Assembly (NCBI GenBank): GCA_021613535.1
Contig: CP075492.1
Coordinates: forward strand, 4,030,001-4,094,000
Direction: 5' to 3'
Source: Adineta vaga
Taxonomy: Eukaryota; Animalia; Rotifera
DNA length: 64,000 bases
The position numbers and the translations under genes were made by a program. This document shows, one piece after another, positions 37,609 through 55,935 of the stretch. The notes beneath the pieces are model-generated. The model worked only from the letters and a program-made list of their open reading frames with translations. It made no database searches and was not told the origin of the DNA. Numbering within the stretch: position 1 is the first letter of the stretch; every line of letters begins with the position of its first letter.

Positions 37609-39991
37609 ATGAATAATAAAATTGATGAAAATTTGAAACAAACTTTTCTAAATCAAGCTCAGGTATTTTTTTCTGAACAAAATTCAATTTTCACTATGTC
37701 AAAATAAAACAAATCTTTTTCGATAGAAATTATTAATCTCATCTGGAAAATCGATTGATGATCTTCAAACATTATTTCGAATAATTAAACAATCAGGTTC
37801 ATTTTATTTTACCACTTCAAAAATACATGATTTATTCTGATAAAATCTAGATCAATATGAATATTATCAACAGATACTAAAATCAACTGAAGTCATATCA
37901 TATGATAAACATAAGTATGAAATAGATTATTTAAAAAAAGGTCAAGTATGTCTATATAATATTATTCAATGCTTTTTTTCTCTACTTATTTCATCTTTTT
38001 AGACGACATGGGAAAAACGAATAGTCAAAAGTTTGAATACCATGTGTGCAGAAATTAATTTACCACTCGCTCGTCAAGTGTGTTGAACTTTTTCGGGAAT
38101 AAAACACTTATTTCTTTTCGGATTTTATAGAGAAATGATAATGAAATGCGAGCTGTTAGAAGACATTGGAATGAGCTTGGTCATATTTCTGGAGGTTGGA
38201 TTTATTTTGATTCTTTGAGAAAGATTGTTTTTAGTTTATTTTAGATTTAAATCGTTTTCGTCCGGTTTATTCTGCAAAAGATTTTCTCGATGTAATTTGT
38301 GTCTTAGTAAATCCAAATTTAAAAATTGATGAAGCATTTTGGAAGTAAAACAATCATTTTATCATAGCTCATTTAATTGTTCAATTTAGTTGTGGTTTAA
38401 TCAAAATTCCCATTGTCACGAAAAGTTTTATGGAAATTGTATGTTATGAGTGAACTCATCTCATTTTATTCTTTTAAAATGTATTTATTTAGAAAGTTCT
38501 ATATGCTGATCTTTGTCCAAACATAATTCAATATTGTTCGGATGAAACATTTAATGAAGTAAAAGAAGAAGAAAATATTAAATTAGCATTACAAAGCGAG
38601 TGAAAAACTGAAATGAAAGATTTGATTTGAAAAATTGTTTTTTAGTTCTCGAGAAAAAAATGAATATAAAATCTATACGTGAATATGCACGTCGTGGTTG
38701 TCCGACTAGTCTTCGAGGAAAACTTTGGTCAGCTATGTTAGATATTGAACATTCTAATTGGGTGAATAATTTTAAATGCAATTGTTTATTTCTATTTATT
38801 GCTGTCTTTTTTTTTCATATAGCATTTGACTTATTTCGATTATCTCAAACAAAATGTGATCGATTTCGATCTTTTAGTAGATGGCTTATATTTTAAGGTA
38901 ATAGATCTTTCATTCGTCACTTTGAAGAAAAATGTATAACTCATATATGTTCTGTTAAATTAGGATGTCAAATTGACAGCTGTGAATGATGATCAATTAT
39001 TTGTTTTCGAAGATTATTTATATCAGGTAATAGAAATATAAAATGAAGAAAAGAATTTTTATTTTGTTTTTTCATTAATAATAAAGGTGCTTCTATTATT
39101 CTCTCGTGATACACATGTTCAATCATGTTTTACGAATAGTGCAAGTGGATGTCAACCAACACGATCATTTATCAAGAAGAAAATCGGTGCTGAAGAATGT
39201 TCAGTTATTTATCCACCAAATGGAATCATTCCATTCTATGGTTTTTCAATGCTTGGTAAAAGAAATTTTGCTAATATGCCGGAAAAAGAATCTCTCTTAT
39301 TTTTTTCAATTAAGTTGCACCAATGTGTTTTGTATTCGAAGATCCAGTGCATTTATATTTTGTTTTTCGACAATTTTATATGAAATACTTCTTTGATTTA
39401 CATCATATCTCAGCATCACCTAAGGTAACTTACTTTAACAAGAAAAATTGTTTTGAAACAAAAACTTCGATTTTTCAGGCTGTCATCGGTCTATGTGTTT
39501 TATTTGAATCATTGTTACGCCAAATATCTTCGGAATTGTGGTTTCACTTACAAGATATACAAGTTCAACCGTAAGTTTATGCCATTAAATTGAGCATCAA
39601 CTTGTAATGAACGTTTTATTTAGACTACGAATTGCATTCAAATGGATGATGAGAGCATTTTCAGGTTATTTAGCTTCCAATCAATTATTAGCACTTTGGG
39701 ATCGAATCCTTGCTTATGATTCTCTTGAAATTTTAGCTGGTATTTTAATAATCTTTCTTTTTGTACTGTTATCAGATGTTCTTTTTCTTTTTATTGATAT
39801 AGTTCTTGCAGCTGCAATATTTGTGTTACGTAAAGGAAATGTGCTGAAAGAATCTAGTGAAACAGCTATTGAAGTAATCAAAATTTTATCATACTATTTA
39901 TTTGTACAACTTATAATTAATTTAGGCTATATTTTCTGATATATCATCAGTTAAAGTAATTCCATTGCTTCAATATATACTTGGTCAATAA
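37609..39991 (+). CDS. TBC1D19: TBC1 domain family member 19-like Rab-GAP (many short exons; start could be at 37462)
   Basis: WEKRIVKSLNTMCAEINLPLAR, RFRPVYSAKDFLDVI, GCPTSLRGKLW, DVKLTAVNDDQLFVFEDYLYQVLLLFSRDT, YPPNGIIPFYGFSM, QPLRIAFKWMMRAFSGYL...LWDRILAYDSLEILAVLAAAIF. Confidence 0.9.
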
Positions 39992-40402
39992 TTTCCATAT
40001 GTTCTTTCTTTCTTTTTGTTTTGTATAAATTATTTTCTAAATAAAGTGAAGTGCCAAACGTATTGCTTCTTCTGAGTAATAATTAATTCACGAATTCCTG
40101 TATATGACAGGATAATAAAGACAAAGTATTTTGTGTTATTATTCCATCTTTGGTCCCGCAGACATCTATATAAAATGATAAGAATAACGGTGATAAGAAA
40201 GAGGTCACTATAAAAGAACATAGAGAAGAAAAAGAGGAAGTAATGGTGCTACATACGCAGTTGTCCAATGGTTGTTTGAACACTATATTTTCTGAGAACT
40301 GATAATCAATCATTTTGTTTTAGAATTGACTTCTTCAATTTATTATTAAAATAGTAACTAACACGTCGTCTATTGTTTTCTACATGTAGAGTAAAGAAGA
40401 AG

Positions 40403-42130
40403 ATGAATGATTATTTGAGTAATTTACCAGTCGAATTACTTTACAAAATTTACGATAACGTTTCATCATTCGATATTCTTGTGTCTCTACCTCTCGTAAA
40501 CAAACGACTTCATTTGATATCTCTTAATTATACTCGTCTTCGACTAGATTTTAGTTCTTTAAAGAAAAAAAGAAGTTTTGATCTATTCTGTGCTCAACTA
40601 CCATCGATATCATCCCGCGTTGTTTCTCTAGAATTTTCAAATGAGAATGATGGCACAACGCCTATGAAAATTAACTACTTTTTTCTAACATTCATTAATA
40701 TTAATAATTCATTCTCTAACTTGCGTTCGCTTAGTTTGTGCCATATTAATTCTAACCTATGGAAAACAATCAAAAAGTCTCTCAAATCATTCGTATCACT
40801 CACCTCAATGAGTATTGATACAATTCATCTATTTTATGTTGAGAAAGCAATAGAATTTACTACGAATCTATTGAAAGACTTATTATTTTTATCATCTACA
40901 CTTACGTATCTTCGTTTGAAAGCTAAACATAATCATCCTGTACACATATCTAAATTGGATATTTCGGAACAAATATCCTCAATCGAACATCTATTTTTAT
41001 ACAATATACGTCTTGATGTAACGATTTTAGCTTCTTTCTTACCTCATTTACTTACAGTTGACGTGATGCTTCACTTGGATAATCTTTATTGTACTACACC
41101 GATTTATACATTTGAATATTTAAAATATTTATCTATCATTGTTCTCAGTCCTGATTTCGTTACTATCAAACGTTTACTCAATCCAATGAAACAATTAGTA
41201 CATTTGATTATTGTTGCTTACGATGCAAAAAGTGACGTGACAGATGGTACTGCATGGGAACAAATTTTAATTAGTATTGTTACGTTCAAATTTGTATTTA
41301 AATTCCATAAATATATTTGGAACGAAGAATTAACTGAACTTGAATCATTTCGTTCGTCGTTTTGGTTGGAAAAGAAACATTGGTATGTTGCATATGATCG
41401 ATGTACTATTAGTGGATTTTCAATACTTTATTCGGTGCCATATTTCATGAATATATTTCCATGGTTAAATAATATAGAAAATTTCGTGACAAACTCAACT
41501 AGATCAAAAATCACATCCTTTGAGAATGTTCGTCGTTTGATCTTAACTGATCAATGTAAAATACATAAAGATCTTCGAAATCGATATACCAATCTCAACA
41601 ATATATATATTAAAAATCCTGAACAAAGTTTTCATTTACTATTATACGACATTGTTCCATTTCTTGACATATCAAAAATTACTACATTTTCTGTTGGATC
41701 TTGTCGTTTTAATATAAACGATGATTTATTTCTTCAAGCTATGCTAAGCATGCCTCATTTAATTTCTATTTGTGCACAATTCGCGTTACTTAAATTGACC
41801 TTTGCTTATCAGTGGCCGAACATTACTCAATTAAAAATACAAGATGATATTTCATTTACAAATACCATCGACAAAGACATACATGCATTTTATCATTCGT
41901 TTAGTCGTTTAGAACAACTTAGCTTTCATCACGATACTATCTTAGATATATGTCAACTTTTAAACAATAAGTTGACATCAATATCTAACATAATGATTGA
42001 ACATCCTATCAATGCAGCTCCTGGTTTAATTGATGATTTTATTACGCGTGATTGGCTAGAACAGAAAACATATTTACATAATTTTGCTTATTTATGTGAT
42101 AAACATAATACTGTACGTTTGTGGTTCTAG
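40403..42130 (+). CDS. Intronless F-box/LRR-like protein
   Basis: N-terminal F-box LSNLPVELLYKIYDNVSSFDILVSLPLVNKRL, degenerate LRRs, and FRSSFWLEKKHWYVAYD..LYSVPYF typical of lineage-expanded F-box proteins. Confidence 0.85.
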   Translation: MNDYLSNLPVELLYKIYDNVSSFDILVSLPLVNKRLHLISLNYTRLRLDFSSLKKKRSFDLFCAQLPSISSRVVSLEFSNENDGTTPMKINYFFLTFININNSFSNLRSLSLCHINSNLWKTIKKSLKSFVSLTSMSIDTIHLFYVEKAIEFTTNLLKDLLFLSSTLTYLRLKAKHNHPVHISKLDISEQISSIEHLFLYNIRLDVTILASFLPHLLTVDVMLHLDNLYCTTPIYTFEYLKYLSIIVLSPDFVTIKRLLNPMKQLVHLIIVAYDAKSDVTDGTAWEQILISIVTFKFVFKFHKYIWNEELTELESFRSSFWLEKKHWYVAYDRCTISGFSILYSVPYFMNIFPWLNNIENFVTNSTRSKITSFENVRRLILTDQCKIHKDLRNRYTNLNNIYIKNPEQSFHLLLYDIVPFLDISKITTFSVGSCRFNINDDLFLQAMLSMPHLISICAQFALLKLTFAYQWPNITQLKIQDDISFTNTIDKDIHAFYHSFSRLEQLSFHHDTILDICQLLNNKLTSISNIMIEHPINAAPGLIDDFITRDWLEQKTYLHNFAYLCDKHNTVRLWF

Positions 42131-45100
42131 TTGCATTTTTTAATGTCTTTTATATTTTATGGAAAAGGATTGAAATTATCATATAGAACTATGTTCAATA
42201 CTACGGTAAGTTTTCTTTAATGGAACTACAGTAAAATCGAATAGTTTTTGAGAAAAGAACTATGATATACTTGAATTTAGACGAGTCATTGGCAATTATA
42301 ATGCCTTTCAGTCATCACAGACGCAATAGTGCTGTTTTATGAGATCAAACAGTTTTATTCTGTGCTCTGCAATCTACTGAATTAAAGATATATTCTATAA
42401 ATATTTCCAAATGAGATTATAATCAATTCAAAACCGACATCAATAATTAATTCATCGTATTAAACAAACACATTGAGTTCGACGAACTATTAAATATCAA
42501 ACTTTTAATCAAAATTATCAATCGAACGCGTTCGTCATCTTTCAAAAATGACTTGTGAATGACACTTGAACATAACGAATTTTGTACCTGTAGTATTCAT
42601 CAATTTGACTCCAGACATTTTCTATTCATCACGATTAGCTCGTTATCTATTGATGTCAATACGTTATAATTTGCGAACGTGTATCTTTATTTATTCGATA
42701 GATGTATATCTATTGTTAGAATTAATGACTTGAAGAAATTTATTAATGTTTCTTGATACCGAAAATAAAGAATTTTGTTAATAAGAAGAAAGAAAAATCG
42801 GAATAGTGAAAATTGATTTCCGACTGAAAATAATATTTATCACGAACTGTGATGTAAATTATTATCACGAAATAAGGAGAAAATAAGATAGGAATTGCAT
42901 CTTCAATTCATGTTACTTCTTGCAGAAAAACGTGAATTTATGCATTGTAGTTGTTCGATAAGTCTTCAAAGAAAAATGTACTCGCTCTCGCTTTGTTCTT
43001 TTTTTATGGTTAATATTGTTAGATATTTTTCAATTATCTGAAAACAGAATATCATCGGTTTTGATTGTTCAGTGCATAGCTGGTATGTCAAAGTAAATAG
43101 ATGAAGTAAGACGATCTGTCAATCCTTTTAAAGTTAATTTAAATTTTCTAATACAAAAAGACATACGATTAAATTGTGAATATGAAAACATTTCAATGGT
43201 TTTATGACAGAAAAAATGTATGCTTTCTTCAATAGAGTTCTTGACATTCAGTTGTGCTTCTGTTGTTGACAATAAGAAAAATAAGTGTTCTATTATTGAT
43301 AGTTGTCAGAAGTTCTATTTCTAATACACGATAGAATTTTGATTATGTTAACACATTTGAATCAAAAGGTCTATAGAGTGTCGTTTAGTAGTTGTGAATA
43401 ACAGACATGCAATCTAATATTGTTCAATGTATATTTTTGCACAGTACTTCGAATGAATGAATGAATGAAAATGAACATCTAACATAATGTATTGATTAAA
43501 CAAGATAGTTTATTATATCTTAAAATAAATCAGACATCTTCCGACTAGATCTCTCACATTTCATGATACGAAACAATTAATGAAAATCATATTACAATGT
43601 GCAAAGCAAAATATATGACATTTCTATGTATAATTCTATACGAATATAAAATGAATAGAAGTGAATGACAATCATTTGTGTCAGACAAAAACAAAATGTT
43701 ATATCAATTAATAATAAAAATATTCGAATAATTTCTTCGTTATACATCTGTTCAGTAACGTTGTTCTAGTTTTGCAAATGAATGTCAACTATCACCATCA
43801 TATGTCTAAGACGATACATTTTTCAAGTTTAATCAAATATTTAATAACTCTTGAAAAGAATTTGTTGCAATGACGAATAGCATTCTCGTGCTGTTTAATT
43901 TTCATTTACATCTTATCAATTTGAAATCGGGTTTCTATCTCTAACTGGAATTTTCCTCATATTTGTTTTCAGTGCTTAGGTTACACGAAAAGAATGTCAT
44001 GAAAGCGACAAGTAAAAGAACTATCGAATTACTTCGATATCTTCTTTTCAACCTAGATATATTTTCTATATTTTTCTTTTGTATTACAGAATTTTTTTTT
44101 GTTAATAAAATAAAATAACATGCGTATTACTTCTCCGAAATAATTATAAAATTAGTACTCAATAAACACGCTCGTCTAATTAGAAGAAAGACTTTTCTTT
44201 TCACTATTAGTTAAAATGGATTCAGACAAAACCAAATCCGACTAATTTCAAGCTACACAAATAATCTATCTACTCTATCAAGATAAATCTCATACGATAG
44301 TGTTTTTCTCTCTAATTTGTTTTTTTGTTTCAAGTAATATTTGGAACCATAATGAAAGAGATTCTCTATTTTAGCCTAATTATAAGGAAAAGATATCTAA
44401 TAGATTCCTGTCTTGGAAGAAAGGAAAATAAAGATTGAAAGTCTCGTTTATGTTGTTCTCTAACTAGAAATCAACTCAGAAGGAGAGAGGAAAAAAACGT
44501 GAAGAGTATTTCCGTTCTTTCGTTTAATATCTAATGGGTGTTCGGATGCATCCAATGCGTGACTGATCGCTTACAGGAAGTGCATATATGTGATTTTCTT
44601 CATAAGTATTATTTACATCCACTATTTTTACTGAAAATATAGGAATCGATTTATTTTGCCTTACTACATTCTTCTTTCTTTTAATGTACATATGTGTGTA
44701 TATATAAATGAATATTTCATTCTTTTCTTTATCCGAAAATAATTGTTTTTCTTTGATTATTTTAATGCAAAATGTGTATGTCAATCAATAAAACATCGTT
44801 CGATAATAAATGTAAATACTGACAGTTCTGTTCATGACACATAGATAGAATTAACCTAGCACAAAACCATGTAGACACACAAACGCACTTAGAAAACAAA
44901 AGAGAGTAGTAGTAGGAGAAGAAGAAGAAAAAAAAAGGAAAAGAAAAGAAAGAAGAGGTTAGTTTCAATAAGAAATACAAAGCACGATTGTATTATTGAG
45001 TATAGCAATAAACTGAGAACGGTTTCTCTAGTAATACTATAGCTAATGAAAACGTTCTTTTCCAAAAAATAAAAAGTAGTGTAAAGACATTGCAATCATG

Positions 45101-45181
45101 TTAATTATTACTTCGAATTGTTAAAGTTCTCATTCTTTTACCTATAGTTTTCATATAATCAAACTATTATACTAAGCAACG

Positions 45182-46368
45182 ATGTTATCTAATATATCGA
45201 GTGGTGTTCTTGATCGACTTACGCAAAATTATGCACAAGTTCATGGTAGAATCGTTTTTCCATTAACAATATTTGGTATTTTAACAAGTATCGTTACGAT
45301 TGCTGTACTTAATCAAAAAACTTTTCGTACACCAACAAATTTAATTCTTCAACATGTTGCATTTTTCGATACAATTGTTTTAATATCATACCATATATTT
45401 TCATTATATTTTTATATTATTCATGAGCCAAATCCATTCGTTGGTCAATCCATATTTTGGCCACGTTTTGCAATATTTCATTCCATTGTTGGCTTGACAG
45501 CTCATACAATTGCATTGTGGTTAACTTGTCTTCTAGCTATTGTAAGTAGTAATAGAAGAAAAATGAAGAACTAAACATATACAACTGTTTCTTTAAACTT
45601 TAGATTCGATACATTATTATATCAAAACCAAAAAAAATTGTAGTAAGTTTTACTCATGTAACAATTCTTACTTGGATTTTTGTTTTGACTATATGCTTAT
45701 TAATGATTCCTAATTATTTACTATGGAGTGTTGTATCTCAACCAGCGCATAAATATTTTCCACAGAAATATAATGAAAATTCAACGGAAACTGTCTTTTG
45801 GGTTAGTTCAACAACAGGTGGACCTTTAGAAAGAATATCATTTGGAATTTTAGCAATATGTTTCAAAATTTTACCTGTTTTTATTCTTATTGTATTCAGT
45901 GTTTTATTAATATTGAATATTCATCATGCACGTCGATTACGTGAACGTCTTCGTCGATATTCCGGTGTATCATCATCTTCATCACGTTTAAAACGTGAAT
46001 TACGTACAACAACAATGCTTGTTTTTATAACATTATTTACTGTTCTTGTCGAATTTCCCCAAGGTCTTCTCTTTATTGCTATAGGAATCGATAAAGATTT
46101 TTTCGTATTATACTCTAAATTAGGTGATATTTGGGATATAACATCAATCGGATCATCATTTATTACATTTGTTATGTATTGTTCAATGTCTCAACAATTT
46201 CGTATGGAAATGTATGAATTAATTTTACCGAAATGTTTAACAACAGTTTTCAATATAAAGACTCATAATAATGATATACCTAATGGTATTAGTTTACAGC
46301 ATCGGTCGACGATTACACATACAATGGTCATATCACCAGGAACAATACGAACTCCACATGATCTTTAG
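45182..46368 (+). CDS. Rhodopsin-family neuropeptide GPCR, myosuppressin/DMSR-type
   Basis: Exons 45182-45541 and 45604-46368. Seven TM segments, HTIALWLTCLLAIIRY (DRY variant), RTTTMLVFITLFTVLVEFPQGLL, ITFVMYCSMSQQFR. Confidence 0.88.
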
Positions 46369-47265
46369 AGAAAAGTTCTAGGTTTTGTTTGTTCTGATCG
46401 AATTCTTTTTTCTTCTTCTATGTTTTATGACAAGTTCATAAAAGAATTATTTTATTAAGTGTGGGACGTTGACTTTTTTCCTCGAGAATATTAAGTTAAT
46501 CTATTCATATAGTGACGAGAACATTGATGATGATGAGAACACTCCATACACTGAAGAGAAATACCCTTCATAATCGTATGGGTCTTTATGGTACAATCTA
46601 TGTTCATTTTGTGTAATGAATAATCACAAGTTAATGTTCGATGTAAGAGAAGAAAATGGAAATTTTGATTGCTTTGATAGCAATCCGTTTTTTTCTCCAT
46701 TGGTTCGATCACTTCTTTTACATAAAAATTATACAATTAATACGAGATAGGTTTTTTATTAATTATCTTTGTGTTTACAAAATTGAATGTTTAACTGACT
46801 TTAACTTATCATCAGTATCATATTAACAGTGCATCTTGTAGATGTATTATGATCATTTGCGTTCTAATCAATGAAGAGCAATTGATCAAAGCGACCATTC
46901 AGGAGAATAAAATAATCATCAAAAAGATAAACATTCACATGTAATTCTACGAGAATTGAAGAAACAGCCGGACATGAATATCGAAAAAAATATCCATCCA
47001 TCGGACGGATAGATTTTTAAATGAAGAATATTGATGAACACAGTGAGGATACGTGAAAATAGGTTTGCTGGTTTTTCCTATAAGGCCATATTATCTATCA
47101 TTCTTAATGGTTACAGACAGTGTCACAATTTCATCTGGAAAAATATGATACAGAGATAATTTATCCAAAATAGAAAGAAAAATATTTGAATCCTATTCAT
47201 AGCTTTATAAATCTAATCAACTGAATCCATGAAAACGTTGATGTCATCGTCCATTTCAAGATTCC

Positions 47266-47726
47266 ATGTCGTTTGATCGAAAAGATGCAGCAGATCAAAT
47301 TCATGACCGTGAAGTATGTTCATCATTGTCTCAAATTGGTGAACATTTAACACGAATTCAATCACGTCTTCATGTTTTTCCATTATGTACAACAATCGAT
47401 GAACAATTTCGATTAATTCGATTTGGTCTTGATCAAGCAACCAAAGAACAATAATTTAATAGTTTATACTATTCTGATCAATCATTTTTGCGATTGATTT
47501 ATGAAGAAAATTTAGATCTGAATGATATTCAAGCAAAATCAATTTGTTAGAGAATTAATTTATATTGAATACATTTTGAACGTTGTCATGATATTGAACA
47601 AATTCCTCGTCATCGTTTATCATCACATCGAACAGATATTTTTGACCCAGCCTTTGAAATGAATGTATTTTTTAAGTTGTACTTTTTAATGCATGGTCAT
47701 TCATTGAATGAGAGAAAAATTTTCTA
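47266..47726 (+). pseudogene. NBAS-derived internal pseudogene fragment (tentative)
   Basis: A single frame with in-frame stops: SQIGEHLTRIQSRLHVF..IDEQFRLIRFGLDQATKEQ*..LDLNDIQAKSIC*..TDIFDPAFE..YFLMHGHSL. This parallels NBAS ASIQNYLSKIKKRSWVL..VDAAKELLQYGLKGTDLEA..LTLEQKELC..ILFTYHGSDL. Confidence 0.5.
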
Positions 47727-47829
47727 ATGTAAATGAATATATATATTTTTCGTTTGAATAAAAACTTTCATCCAAGACAAAACAAGAAAAAAACGAATAT
47801 GAGTTAAAATAAATAAATCAATGGTTGAA

Positions 47830-48184
47830 TCATTTTTGTTTATTTTTTCGAGGTGATGTTTGAGGAGATGCTTGTCGTTCAACTTTCTTTTTTTGTTTCA
47901 ATCGAGCTTTTTCTTCTTTTTGTCGTTTTTTTGAACTGAAAGTATCGACCAAACGGTAAGCAACAAAACCTATTTACGAAAAATACAAAGAAATACTTTT
48001 TCCGTGAAAAAACTTTATTAAATTTTACGTACCAACAAGAGCAATAATAATAATAGCGGGAATGATAATTAAGAAATTGTTATAACTGGTTGTATAACCA
48101 GGTCCTTTTAATTCAACCTTGAAGAAAACAAATAGTTTCTCTACGATTGAATCAATGCGTTTTTTATTTTCGATAACTTACCAT
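47830..48184 (-). CDS. Small single-pass membrane protein, 75 aa, Lys-rich C-terminus (3 exons)
   Basis: Exons 48184-48182 (ATG only), 48117-48033 and 47969-47830 give MVELKGPGYTTSYNNFLIIIPAIIIIALVGFVAYRLVDTFSSKKRQKEEKARLKQKKKVERQASPQTSPRKNKQK*. Confidence 0.85.
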
Positions 48185-49381
48185 TTTCAAACGATGCGTA
48201 TATCGATAAAAGACAATCTTCTTTAATTTAAAACAAGAAGATCAGCGGAAAAACCGACAACGTTGTCAATCCATAAAATATCTACCGTTGACCAATCATA
48301 AAACAAGTCAAAATTCATTGCGACATCTTTTTTTGTACTCTTCTCTTACTAAATTCATATGCTTTCATTTCATCATAAAAGAAGTTATTGGAAATATTTT
48401 TTTATCTAAAAAATAATCATACCAAAGAATTGAACTATCACAAAAGAAGATTTATAATAGAACACGTCATCACTACTAAAAGTATAATTTTACCATTCAT
48501 ATCACATGTAGGACAGTGAAGTGCATGAACTGCTCAATTTAATGAAAAAAATTCAGAAGAAAAGAACGAACGAAGCAAATCGAAGTGTTTCTAATTTTAA
48601 TGCACACATTGATTTGTTTGTAACATTCTTTTTAACATTCAATTATTCTGTTTTTGATGTGTTACTAATTATTGAATTTGAATATAAGATTCTTTTAATA
48701 GAACATATTATAATAAATGTACGTAGGTGTATTTGAGGCTTAATATCTATTGTTTCGACTAGCAAAAGCGATTAATTTGTTCTTTGTTTATAGTTTCTAA
48801 AATCTATACTATGATTTTTATCATGAATTTCGCTCACTTGTAAACTATATAACATAGATTATATCTTTGAACTATTATTGAAACAGCGAACGGAATTCAA
48901 CTAGTCAACAATATGTCATATCTAATCCATTCAAGAAAATGGATCTTTTTTTTTCATTAAAAGACCTATTATTTCGCATTCCTATTGATCAAATCTTCAA
49001 AATGCCCCGTGGGTGATAAATAGCAATGAGATCATCAGTATTTATATTTAGTTTACATTATACAAGTTGTGCATCTATTTAAACAAGAAAAAACTATTCA
49101 TATTAATTATTTGATTGATAGTTATCTGTATTGTATTGTATACTCCTATGAAAGGTGAACAAAAAAAAACAATCGTGTATTAGTTAGAGGTCGCTGTTTG
49201 AATATAAACGAAGGAATGAAATTCGAACTGGATTGGTTGTCAACTTATCAAATGTAAAGTAAAACCTGTTATTGTCGTCGTCGTTTATTCTTCTGTAAGT
49301 TGATGTATCCCATGTAGGAATGATCAAAATATTCTCGCTGACATTGAATGGCATCGTTATCTTAATACTTAGTCGATTACA

Positions 49382-54150
<4,769 letters not shown>

Positions 54151-55078
54151 ATTAGGTGGTGCTGAACTCAATCTATTGTCATTCCATTTTTGACATTTTT
54201 CTTTCTATGTAAATAATATTTTTCTAATCGTTCGTTCTTCCTCTCCAGGTGCTTTTTTTTCTCTCTTCACGCTTCGCTCCGGCCTTGTCTTCTGCATTTC
54301 TTAAAATGATTAATAGCAACTCTTCTTTTTCTCTTTATTTCTCTTCTTTTTTCTTTCTTGTCTATAAGAATTTCATTATCCATGGATTTATTATGAGAGT
54401 GAAATACAATTGTTAAACAAAGCTTCAACAATTCATAGAATTAATTCATAATCAGTATCATAAACATTAAAACTAAAGATTCTTTCTTATATTTCATCGA
54501 AACAGAATCGACAAAAATACTCGATGAACCCTGCTTCAGTAACTTTTTCCAGCATTTACCGAAATTCTTGTAGATATATGCATTCATTGTGTTTGCTTAT
54601 AGAAGTGTAAGAAAAGAAAACAAGAGGATAACTAATCAATAAGATTCTTCATCTGCAAAACACATTCATAATGGAATTCTTAGGCGATGCAGAACTGTTT
54701 GCATAACTGAATTTGTTCCAGACAATAACGTTGGTAAATGATTAGTACATTACTGATTGCATTTCAGTCATAACAACTGTTATATACTTAGATTAATAAT
54801 CTATTTTCCAGATAACTTAATCGATATTCTATGGTTTCAATATAGCAACAATAGGTACCATTGATTAACACCATTATAATGGGGTAGTTTTGAAAATATC
54901 ATACATTTTTGAAAAATATGTATTGATTGATATCTTTGTTATGACACTGGTAGTTGTTTTCGCAGGCATGTATATCAACAGCTGTTGATAAATTGATCAC
55001 ATTTCTTTTGACAATCGAATGTCATGTATACAAAAGAACATTTGACTGGAGTGATCTGGTTTATTTTGAATTTTAACC

Positions 55079-55335
55079 GATAAGATCAATCATTTCAAAT
55101 GTTTTTCTCTTAATGTCGTGCTCAATCGAACAGTCTCTCTCTCTCTATCTCTTCGTATGGCGACAAGTTGAGAAAAATATGATCGTATCGGTCACTTGGA
55201 AAAGGATCATAAATCATTGAAACATAATAAAACGGTGAGAGAAAATGAGAGTGAGAGAGCTTCTCGTTTGCCTTTTCAAAGAGAAAATTGCATTGATTAC
55301 TGGCTCGTTAGCTAAATGATCATAACTGGAAGGAT
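55079..55335 (+). repeat. Direct repeat, copy 1, upstream of the nuclear receptor
   Basis: gataagatcaatcatttcaaatgt...gacaagttgagaaaaatatgatc.tatcggtcacttggaaaa.gatcataaatcattgaaac recurs at 55599-55935. Confidence 0.85.
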
Positions 55336-55598
55336 GTATTCGAAAAAAAGGAGAACATTTTCACCTCAATCAGAAAGGAATAAAATGCGTTGTATCAATG
55401 AAGTGCTAACTGTTTTGATGCTGTTTGAAATTGATGTGTAAAATGATATTTAATGAAATAAACTTAGTTTATGCATATTTCCACGATACTTCTGAACAGC
55501 TGTCTTCGCAGTCGGATATGATTTATTAGACAATTGTGTAATGTGTAAAAGAGAGACTCTTAGTTAATTTATATAAACGATATGATCTTTTTTTTCGT

Positions 55599-55935
55599 GA
55601 TAGGATCAATCATTTCAAATGTTGTTCTCTTAATGTCATGTTCAATCGAATGAGCAAATTCAGTTGTTGTTTTCTCTTTTTTCACTGAATATATTTGTCA
55701 TCAATCGAATAGTCTCTCTCTCTCTCTCTTTATATGACGACAAGTTGAGAAAAATATGATCTTATCGGTCACTTGGAAAAAGATCATAAATCATTGAAAC
55801 ACAATAAAACTGTGAGAGAAAACGAAAGCACACGAGAGAGAGAGGGAGAGAGAAATAGAGATTCTCTTTTGCATATTCGAACAGAAAAGTGCATCGATTG
55901 ATATCCAGTTGACCGAATGACCATCATTGAAAAAA
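55599..55935 (+). repeat. Direct repeat, copy 2, containing an extra 50-bp segment flanked by a 9-bp direct repeat
   Basis: Matches 55079-55335. The extra segment 55651-55700 is bounded by tcaatcgaa at 55642-55650 and 55701-55709. Confidence 0.85.
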
